Assembly: GCA_003427395.1 (NCBI GenBank)
Contig: BFEA01000042.1
Span: 2,383,326-2,445,219, forward strand
Direction of reading: 5' to 3'
DNA length: 61,894 nucleotides
From: Chara braunii
Taxonomy: Eukaryota; Plantae; Charophyceae
Shown here: positions 52,025 through 61,894 of the stretch, piece after piece
Numbering within the stretch: the first letter of the stretch is position 1
How the letters are laid out: each line of letters opens with the position of its first letter
The notes under the pieces: generated by a model
The model's database searches: none
The model's input: only the letters and a program-made list of their open reading frames with translations
What the model was told of the DNA's origin: nothing
Translations under genes and position numbers: made by a program

Positions 52025-52560
52025 TGGACGCATTAATTTGTTGTGCTCGCGATCCTTGTTTCACAACAGGCAAAACCTGTCTAAAATCCCCAGCAATAAG
52101 TATAACTTTTCCACTAAACGGCTCATCATTGTTACAAAGGTCCCGAAGCGTAATGTCAAGAGCTTCCAAGTGAAACTTGTTACTCATCGGAGCCTCTTCC
52201 CAAACAATCAAGTCGGCATGACGGATGAACTTCGCAAAATCAATTCGTTTTGGAATTGAGAAGGTACATGTGTTATCAGGTTTCAAAAGTGTCTGGAATC
52301 GTGAGTGAAACATTCGACCCCCTGTCAAAAGAGTCGCCACTATGTCACTCGACGCCACGGTCAGTCCAATGGCAGAACGGAATCTGATGCCCGCCAAAAT
52401 CGTTTCAATGCAAAAAGTCTTTCCTATTCCGGCTGGTGCATCGACAAAAACACGCAACGGTTTTTTCTTTTGCAGAGCCCGAACAATTTTTTTCACCAAC
52501 ACTCGTTAGCATGGTTGAAGATATTGAAAATTAAAGTCATATCTACTTTGCATTTGAATT
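52025..52560 (-). pseudogene. Helitron PIF1 helicase, N-terminal half
   Basis: FVDAPAGIGKT (Walker A), GGRMFHSRF, IVWEEAPM, GDFRQVLPV. Confidence 0.95.
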
Positions 52561-54078
52561 GGATCATACCACAACTCGTCGTTTATAATCGACGACACCG
52601 TTCTGTTCTCGTAATATCTCGTTATGTTATCAACAATTGTTTTCCCGTCGGGTATCGGATAATAAAAAAAAAACTAAAGGATGTTTTTTCCGGACTCTTA
52701 CAAAATACGGCCAACATGGAATAAGACTATCGATTGTAAAATATTTGGGGTAACCATTTCATTGTCTGCGCGATACTGAAAATCGTCACTCACCTTATCC
52801 CAATATCGTTTAAAGAAACGGACCGGATCGTTCACTGGACCGGATCGTTCACTGAACCAGATTGTTCACTAGACTAAAGACGAGAATCATAGCAAATACT
52901 TTACGAACTTCTTTAAGCATATAATGCCCTGCGACTGTCTCTATGCATTGATCATATGCATCGTCGGTTTGCAAAAGGCCCAATCGAAAACACACAGATA
53001 TGAAAGAATCGTATTCGACTTCGTGCACCATACAAATTTCAGCAAAAGAGCGCACCCGACGAGAAGGTTCATGGTTTAGCAACACACGCATATAAAATTG
53101 TTTTCCTTTCGTGATCCTCACACGATGCAACTGAGAGATCTTTTCAAAGGGACCATCGTGAAGATCATGCTTTCTTTTGTTAAACTGCTTTTGTTTGTTA
53201 TCTCTTACATGAGTATTAACGATCTCTGCATACAGAGGAAACTCTTCTTTAGGAACATGTCCATTCAAAGAGTTATGTTTCATCCACGCCGTCAATTTCA
53301 TTTTCGGGAGGCCATGCGAAGCAACATCATGCTCAATGTTAGGTTCCAATTATATTTTTTGTATATTTTTGATATGCACGGACAATCTTTTGACCGGGGG
53401 CTATTGTTCCGCTAGGTCGAAATTAAATAAACGTCAGCATGTCTCGCACGCACTTACAACACGCATATCTTGATACGATTTGACTTCCTCGATGGGCGGA
53501 TTACTATCTCACTCGCAAACCATAGCACAATCACGCCCTTTGTATACGTACTTATACACGTACTTGCACGCCTTGATATTAGCACAATATTCAATATTCA
53601 AGTTGTCATTAAACCTCATTAGCAAGTAAGGGTTATACGAGACCACACAACGATTTTCGTAAACGATACCATTTTGAACAATCGTAAAACCACCAACGGT
53701 CCACCGTCACTTGGTTTCCTTATCCTATACGTTTGTTCGTCTTTGAATGTTGTTGTTGAAATGAAGTCTTTTGGGAACCCTTTTGTGCATTCTCCGTCCT
53801 CCCTACACGAAGCGTCGCGTTTCGCCGCACCGCAAATCGCGTGCAACACGAACTTGGCAACCCTTTCTCTCAATTCCTCTTCCGGAGGAATCTCAGCTCA
53901 ACAACATCCGCATCCCGAAGTTTATCATCCGGATGCAAGATAACCAATATATGTGCGTGTGGTAGACTCCTTTTTTGAAACTCCATAACGTACACATTCC
54001 ATTCACCCTACCAAAGATCAGCTTGTTCTTTATCTCATCGATGAGTTGTGCAAAATAACCTTTGAACACTCTCGCGCC
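52560..54078 (-). pseudogene. Helitron Rep (HUH Y2) domain and linker
   Basis: LPHAHIL (~53945-53965), CTKGFPKDF, KYVYKYVYKG (~53536-53570), FYMRVLL, CFRLGLL. Confidence 0.9.
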
Positions 54079-54324
54079 GGCCCCAAGTCGTGGAAACCTA
54101 CAGGCCCGTAAAGCAGAAACCGGGGCCAGGTTCATACTAGCATAGCTCAAAGAAGGCACCAGACTGATGTGGCCTGGTACAAAGGTGCACAAGTGGTCCA
54201 GCACAGATAACTGAACCTACTTTCTTTTTTTTTCCCTTATTGACCCTCAGGTTGTTGTTTTCCGCTCTAACAGCCATATCACTAAAACTGACGTCTCTTT
54301 TGTAAGATTGCGAAATTAGTTTTT

Positions 54325-55435
54325 GTGGAAAACCACCAGTACGGTCAATTTTTTTTCACCCTTCCCTTGCTAGGCCTCGAGAGGCACTGTACGCCTAAAA
54401 ACAAGCAAGTGGCATGGCCGTTCCTTTGGATGGTTCCAGAGCCATTTCGCTCCAGCAGGCCAACCCCGAAACAAACCTTGTGGCGTGCGTGCAGCCACAT
54501 TGGACAAGAATTTCTGGGAAACGTACTGGTGGTTCAAACCACCAGTACGCGCCCGGTGCTATTCCACTGAACCCCACTTTAAATTTGCCAAACCCTAGAC
54601 GCGTAAGCCGCTCTTGGGCTCAGGATTTTTTATCGATTTTCTTCTATAATTATGTTGCTCCGATCTATTTATGGGAAGCAACACGTGCTGTGAACCAGGG
54701 CCCAGCGTCCCTTATGAAAAAGTTACGAGCTCAGGCTTACGGGGGATCACCCAGCTTAGTTAGCCCTGCAAGCCCAGCTTTCCCATGCCCTCAGCGAAGT
54801 GGTGAGCTGCAGTGGTGGCTTAAACCACCAGTACCTCGGCCATACATCAGCCGCGGGAAAAAATAAAGCAGAATTGTTTCACTTGAATGAATTTGGGCGC
54901 TCTGGTCCAGGCCCATTCATCTGAGTGCATCATGGCTCGGATATGGCCGCAACTTTCAGAGGTACTGCTGGTAGCCAGCCCTACTAAACATGAGAATGCC
55001 CCGATCACCGTGGTGGAAAGCTACGTCCTAATAGATCAGGGCTGCCAGCAGTTTGCACTGTAGTGGCGGTTTAAGCCACCAGTACTTCCTAAATTCGTGC
55101 CCGTTAACAAGCCACAATTTTAGGGAACGTACGGGCCACTGCAGGAGCGCCCAAATTCAGCCGACAAGAAATGTTTCTAGTCTACTCTATGTTTCTCCAC
55201 AGCCGATAGCTGGGCCAAGTACTGGTGGTCTAACCACCAGTCACCTCCCCACTCTTCCCCACCCTCTCCTCCCTGCACGTGGGAATGTGTGTGGAAAGCC
55301 TCTACCCACAGAATAAAAAAGGCCGGTGGCATTGGTAGGCCTTTGCCAGCAATTGTTTGATTTTCTAGGGGAAGGCCAACTAGCGGATGGGAGAAAAAGG
55401 GAGTACAGTAACTGGTGGTTTAAACCAGCAGCAAT
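54325..55435. repeat. Spaced array of a 26-bp palindrome, consensus GTACTGGTGGTTTAAACCACCAGTAC
   Basis: Copies at ~54325 (half), 54523, 54809, 55060, 55219, 55409. Confidence 0.8.
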
Positions 55436-55906
55436 ACGGTTACCCTGGCAAACTATCCATGACCTGCCAAACACTCTGCCATGGGAATGCTCAGCCTACC
55501 AGACCGAAAAGGCTGGCAGTGCCCTATAACCCCAGGCTTGCCTGCAATGGTGCAGTAGTAGTAGACATACATGATCCGAGCTGTGCTAGGTTAGTGCTTA
55601 GAGGGGCTCATAGGTTAAGACCTTGGTTAGTTGACCATAAGACACTGCCTATGAGTGCCCTCACTACTCACGGGACTAGCTGAGAACTATGTGCCTAGCT
55701 CCCGAGGTTCCCCTATAACAAGGCTTGTACGCTAGTGCCTCAACTGGGGCTGAATGGGGGAGCTCATTCAGCGCCGGTGCCCGCGTCGGCTGTCTGGTCA
55801 GGTTGCTCCAGTAGTGAGTGATGTTCCTCGCATGAGGTAAGATAGAAATGGAGTGGGGGTGCGCCAGGAGATATATCGAGAGGAGTGNTGGGATGGGAGT
55901 CTTGTG

Positions 55907-55942
<36 letters not shown>

Positions 55943-56566
55943 AATAGAGGCTTGGATTTTCTGCTGGTTTAAAGAAGTTGTCTTGTGGGTCTGAAGCACG
56001 CGATAACAACCCACAACCTAGTACCTGCTACGATTGCATGAACGGCTCCCAAACCTCTGGATACCGCAATTTGGCCTAAGGGCTGGGGTTTGGAAAGCCT
56101 TTTTCTGAGACTCCACAACCATTGGCAGGGCACGGCCCAACGGCACGGAAAATATGTTGCACATGCTGCTGTTCTGCTTGGTTTGCCGGTTTCTGTCATG
56201 GGTGGCCATTCTGCGAGGGTGGGTGGTTTGGGGGGGGGAGGGCGGGGAATGCACGGAGGGGCATGCCTTCCAATGGAAGAGGGGGAAAAGCCGTTTCTGT
56301 TTACAGGCCAGCATGTGATTGGATAACCAACGACTCGCTACAAGCAGAAGCTTCCAGTTTCCTATTCGGGCAACCTACAGCCACAAACTTTCAGATTTTT
56401 TTTTCCACAGAAAACCGAACTTTCAGAATTTTCAGTTTGCTGTGGAGTCCTATTTTCTTCGGGGCATGCCGCCTCATGACATATTAGGTTGCCAGACATT
56501 TTTCCCAGAGTCGTCCCGGGAGCCACTGTGTGGGGAGCGTAGACTTTACTAGACATTGTGATTCCA

Positions 56567-56746
56567 GGGGGCACACTGTCAGTTCCAATAGCAAAGAGGA
56601 TTGGATTAAGGGGCTGAATCTGCGTGTGTTTTTCGTGCACAGATGCAGAAAAGCAGATCAATAAGAGCTATTTTCCGCACCTCTCCACAAACACGCTCAC
56701 ATTCGGGCATTAATCCAGTCATCTTTGCTGGCTGGTACTGTGCCCC
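56567..56746. ncRNA. Long imperfect hairpin 1 (pre-miRNA-like)
   Basis: AGCAAAGAGGATTGGATTAA pairs with TTAATCCAGTCATCTTTGCT; homologous to 57944-58118. Confidence 0.5.
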
Positions 56747-57440
56747 AGGACCCTTTCTTTCCCTTTGTTTATTACAAATTGTTATTCCTGTACATATTTA
56801 CGGGTCAGCAGTCTGGAGGCAAGACTAGGTAGGGTTGTTCTTCATAATCATAACACAGGATAAGGTACTCCAGTTGTGAAAGCTGAACACCATCATCATC
56901 ATCATCATCGTGATCTTTAGCATAGACACCTGGTCCACTAGTTTATAGTTGTTGAAAGGAATTGCAAATTAAATTTATAGAAGGAAAACAATGTCGTGCA
57001 CTTGATTTGCAAAAGCAAAGAGCCCATTTATAGTGGTCAGTTGGCAGTGGCGAATACGGACAGTTTATTCCTAGAATCTGTGCTTGGGGATGTTCGCATC
57101 ATCATCAGGGGCAAGCTGCCACTCGCACAGATTAAGATACTCGCCGTAGACAACGGAGATCGACGGCCTGTACCGCTTCGTCCATGCTAGTGGGAGCTGG
57201 CAGCAGGATGGAGAAAGTAACTGAGCAATGGAGATTCCAACTGTCTGTTTATAATACAGCAACTGATACAGCAATTGATACAGCAATTGAAATCTTAATG
57301 ATGATGGTCGTTTGTTGAAGTGTAAGGATCATCATCCGTTACTGAGGTAATGATTGTTCTACAGCTTTAGCGTTGTTCGGCTTTAACATGATTTCGAAAG
57401 CTAATGATACAAATAAAGAAATAAAGGGGAAACTAAGTGG

Positions 57441-57605
57441 GAGTGACAAAAACGAGTTTTAATTGCACTATGGGCCAAGATACAGTTTCGAATTGCACTT
57501 TCGGCAATGTATACAACTTAGCTTTGTGGCCAGGTAGGGTGCCCGAAATGCAATTGCAAACTGTAGCTTGCACCACACTGCAATTATAACTCGTTTTTGT
57601 GACTC
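57441..57605. repeat. Fold-back (MITE-like) element
   Basis: GAGTGACAAAAACGAGTTTTAATTGCA ... TGCAATTATAACTCGTTTTTGTGACTC. Confidence 0.7.
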
Positions 57606-57943
57606 TTCTGAGGTTACCCCATAAATAAATAACATGATTTCTAAAGCTTAGACAAATAAAATAAAATAAATGAATTCTGATCTTGGACATGCATCTTGTC
57701 TAATCATAGATCCACATTACTGATGAATTTAATGTGCGCAAAAAGATGTCCAGTGACAGACTGTCTTTCAGTGTTTGGGGGGTGGAGGGGGGAGGAAGGA
57801 ACAGAAATACACTCGTTTGTAATCAAAGCCGTAAATGGGCAATGGGGCGGTTTTTCGAAAATGAAAACTTAAAAAAAAAAAAAAAAAAACGAAACCAATG
57901 ACGTCAACACTAAGTTAACTTGCAGATCCTTCGGAAATCATCT

Positions 57944-58118
57944 GGGGGGAGGTCCCACTAGCAAAATAGAATGGATCGGATTGAGTTCCTGAATCTGGAT
58001 GTGTTTTAAGCAGAGATGCAGAAAAGCAGTTCAATCTATATATTCTGCACCTCTCCACCAAAACTCATCCACATTCAGGCGTGCAATCCAATCCTCTTTG
58101 CCAGTGGGACCTTGCCCC
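57944..58118. ncRNA. Long imperfect hairpin 2 (pre-miRNA-like)
   Basis: AGGTCCCACTAGCAAA pairs with TTTGCCAGTGGGACCT; compensatory changes relative to hairpin 1. Confidence 0.5.
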
Positions 58119-58705
58119 TTTTAACTCAGAAAAAGAAAGAAAGAAAGAAAGCAAGAAAGAAAGAAAGAGAGCATGATGCTCCCCACAAATAGATTGGACC
58201 CTGCCCCTTGTTAAAAAAAAAAAAAAAGAGTCTTGGAAAGAAAGAAAGATTCCCAAAACACCAAAACTTGGTTATGCGCCCGTACTGGTATCTCAGGGCC
58301 TCCTGACATAATTATTAACATGACCCTTTTTCAACCCTATACGACCTTGATTACGGCCAGATGCGTTTGAGCAATGTATGAGTCTCCACTAAACCGGTGG
58401 CAGTGCACTGGGCGTCGCTGCAGCAACCCCAAGAGTCGCTGCTGCAGCCCCCAGAGTAACTGCAGGTCCTCCTCTAAGAGGCACTGCCAAGGATTTCATC
58501 CATCCAACCTGATCCTGCACATGTTTTTCAGACATCCTCGTTTTTGAGAAAATTTCCTTCAATTATGTGTTCTCTGCTCCAATCAGTAACAGTGCCATCA
58601 CTATCCACTTACTCCAGATTCCAGAAGAACGATGCGCACAGATCGGAGCTGATCTAGTACTCAGTGCCCAGGATGAGGGAGCTGCATGATGGACAATCAA
58701 TTGGC

Positions 58706-58770
<65 letters not shown>

Positions 58771-59646
58771 TAAATGCACATATATATAGATATATATGTA
58801 TATAATATATATGCATATATATAGTCAAACAGAGCTGCCCGGTAAACTCTAGCTAGAGAGGGAGAAGACGACAACAAACGAGGGGCTGTGACAAACTGTT
58901 TCGTTGGAGTTTCACCGCCTCAACAGGAGGCTGAACCCTCTACAGTCTGCAGAGTCCCCTAACTGACTGATTACACTTAAGTCATAATCCACCTTAACCC
59001 CAGTTGTGGTTAAGCATCAACGACTGCCTGACAACTGATACCCTGAGGTGGGCACCAACCACTGGCCTCAAGGTACCTGTGACGAAAATCAAAGCCGACC
59101 ATCTTTCAGCCTAAAACAGGGCTTTTCAGCCTGAAACGGAGGGCCACTTTCGGGCCCTCATAAGATCGACCTGCCCTAACACTCAGGCACAAAACCAGGG
59201 TTTCGGGAACAGGCTATCTTTAGCCTGTTCCCACGACAGCCTCAAGCAGGAGCTGCAGCGGCAGCCCCTGACTCCCTTTGGCATTGGCAAGAGCAGCCTC
59301 CTGGCCTGCCTCGCCCTGCAGTCAGGAGGCAGGCCGAGTAGTACATAGGGAGTTCCCCTGCACTTCACGGGTAGGTAGTTGGACAGAAAGCAGGAGTAGT
59401 CTTCAGGATTCGGCCGCAGCACTCAGGAGGAGCGCTGCAGGAGTAGCTTAGCGCTAGCGGTAGTCTTCAGCGCTGGGTGCTAGTAGCCATACCAGTAGTC
59501 TTCAGCGCTGGGCGCTAGTAGGTGGCAGTAGTAGAGTTGAAGAGAGATGGCTGGCGGAGGCCAGTGAGACCTACCTGTGGAGCCATAGCTCCAGCTCCAT
59601 CTTCGAGGTACCTGCATCAAGGCGCCAACTTCACAGGTTAGTACCG

Positions 59647-59748
<102 letters not shown>

Positions 59749-59934
59749 CTTCTTCCTCTTTGAAGTCCACCGTCTCTTCTTCCCCTCACACCACCTGACT
59801 TCTCAGTTTCAGCGGACTACGACAGAGAGAGAGAGAGTTGTGACTTGAGACTTGACGACATTGGATCCAGACTCGACATTGGGATTCAGACATTTTGACG
59901 AGGGACTATTTGGGCCTGTGCCGAAGACTTGGTG

Positions 59935-60568
59935 AGAATGAAAAATACAAAAAAAAGAAAAAAAAAAGATAAATAAAATAAGTAAAAAACAACAATACGA
60001 AACAAAACTACAATTTTTTTATTTTTTTTTTAGAATACGAAACACACACAAAAAAAAAAAAAAGGGGGCCGGACACAAACCGACACGGAAATGCTATCCG
60101 ACGGCGGGCACGTCGAGATATTCATCCGCATCGATGCCCGCCGTGTACCCGGCCCCGTGGGCGCGCTCTCTCGTTTAGTGGTGCGCTGCGAACAATTTGG
60201 TACGCGCGCCACCCCTCTTCTTCGTCTAACCCCCCTCTTCTTCGTTTGTGTATGTTTGGGGGCTGGCGCATTCTTCCTGTGTGAGCGCCAGACCCCTTCA
60301 CACCATGGAATGATGATGATGATGTATGTCCGGGGCTGCATTGCAATTATATTGATTGTTCGGATCATTGGTATCTAAGTCTTCCGCTATGCTATCTTGT
60401 ACTTTGTATTGAGAGGTCGGTTCTTGTTCTGGTCTACACCGTTACATTATGCAACACTATCACTCACCCACACCAGATGGAAAACTCAACAGACTGTTGG
60501 TTCATACATATATATATATATATATCGTCAAATAGAACTGCCCGGTAAACCGTAGGCAGAGAGGGAGA

Positions 60569-60648
<80 letters not shown>

Positions 60649-61050
60649 TATATCCTAACCCTTAAACAGCATTGGCCGGGGGGAGGAGGTCCATGGTCCG
60701 CTGCGCGCCGGAATCGGGTTGAAGTTTCGGTGCGGGTCGGCGGATGAAGGCGATCGAGGGCAGGTGGGCGTGCAGAGTGGCGCGCGTACCAAATTGCTCG
60801 CAACACACACTGAACGAGAGAGCGCGCCCACGGGGCCGGGTACGCGGCGGGCATCGATGTGGATGAATATCTCGACATGCCCGCCGTCGGATAGCATTTC
60901 CATGTCGGTTTGTGTCCGGCCCCCTTTTTTTATTTTTTGTTTTTGTGTTTCGTATTCTAAAAAAAAAATAAAAAAATTGTCGTTTTGTTTCGTATTGTTC
61001 TTTTTTACTTATTTTATTTATCTTTTTTTTTTTTAATTATATTTTTCGTT
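59935..61050. repeat. Inverted repeat with ~280-bp arms (59935-60216 / 60774-61050) around a (TA)n-containing spacer
   Basis: GGAAATGCTATCCGACGGCGGGCA present on both strands. Confidence 0.85.
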
Positions 61051-61894
61051 CTGGCGCGTCATTTTGTTTGCTCTTTTTGCCTTTTGTTTTCGTTTTATTT
61101 CCGAAAAAAAAAAAAAACTTTCCGTTTTTTTTTTATTTTTTTCATGCATTTGCATTTTTTTGCGTTGATCCAAAAAAAAACAAACATAAAAAGACAAAAG
61201 GAAAAACAAAAGACTGAAAAAACAATTTTATTTTGCAATCGTTTTGAGTCAGAACGAACTTTCCGCTAGAACATAGTCAGATGCAGGCACACCAGTGTTT
61301 GGTGATCGGTCCGCGGTGCGGGCGGTCCGTGCACATCGCCACACCACTGCCAAAATGTGAGAAAAAGTGGCGGGCGTATGTGGCCATGTTTTAGCGGGAA
61401 GTTCATTCTCATTTGCGGCTTTGCCTGTTTGTCGGTCGCTCTCTCTCTCTCATCGCCACACCACAGACTCTTGCTGGTTCTATCTCTCGCTCTCTCTCTC
61501 TCACACAGACACACACACACACAGACACACAAATAGGAAGTTTGCTTGTCTGTTTGTGTGTGTGCGTGTGTGTAAGAGAGAGAGAGCGAGCAAGAGATTG
61601 TGTGTGTGTGCTCGTGCGTGGGTGTGACAGAGAGTGTGCGGGCAACAGTCTGTGTGTGTGCCCATGGGTGTGTGGCATAGCGAGAGTGCGGTCAAGACTC
61701 TGCCATCGCCAGTGGCATGAGCTAAGACAAGGGTGCGCACTGTAGCTATGGCGCGCATGTCTTGAAAAAAAAAAGAAAAGGAAAAAAAAAAGGAAAAAAA
61801 AGAGGAAGCTTTCCTGTGTCTCTCTCTCCCTCGCTTCCTCCTCTTTTTCCGTCTTTTCCCGTCTTTTTCCGTCGTTCTCTCTCTCTCTCTCTCT

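Larger units (their letters stand above)
20556..54078 (-). mobile_element. Helitron, decayed; 5' end not located
   Basis: Rep and PIF1 helicase remnants on the minus strand; 3' CTAG|T with a GC hairpin at 20556-20600. Confidence 0.8.

Noticed and set aside
56600-56618. miR159/319-like TTGGATTAAGGGGCT
   Set aside because: Needs gaps, lies on the 5' arm and is not conserved in hairpin 2

Overview
Eukaryotic, repeat-only window with no recognisable host gene, containing microsatellites and N gaps. Its composition suggests a large streptophyte-algal genome such as Chara; this is inference only. It resolves into nested transposons. (1) Element A is a decayed minus-strand chromovirus-type Ty3/Gypsy at 550-20119 (~1.2-1.3 kb LTRs, 4-bp TSD CTTT). 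A ~6.3-kb solo-LTR-like insert (8639-14913, TSD ACGT) and a hairpin-array element interrupt it. (2) A minus-strand Helitron runs from at least 54078 to a 3' end at 20556. A TIR element with a 6-bp TSD (25014-52018) splits its PIF1 helicase. That element holds a plus-strand non-chromovirus Gypsy, element C (26039-50763, TSD CCGT), with ~6.25-kb LTRs, a tRNA-Asp PBS and an inverted protease. The 3' LTR of C carries a further TG..CA insert (44139-48446). Best leads: a ~450-nt covarying, probably pseudoknotted RNA structure at the U5 end of two otherwise dissimilar giant LTRs; a spliced orphan gene and an LSU rRNA fragment inside the giant LTR; a shared CpG-centred target site (a-NCGT-ga); two homologous miRNA-like hairpins; and a spaced array of 26-bp palindromes.
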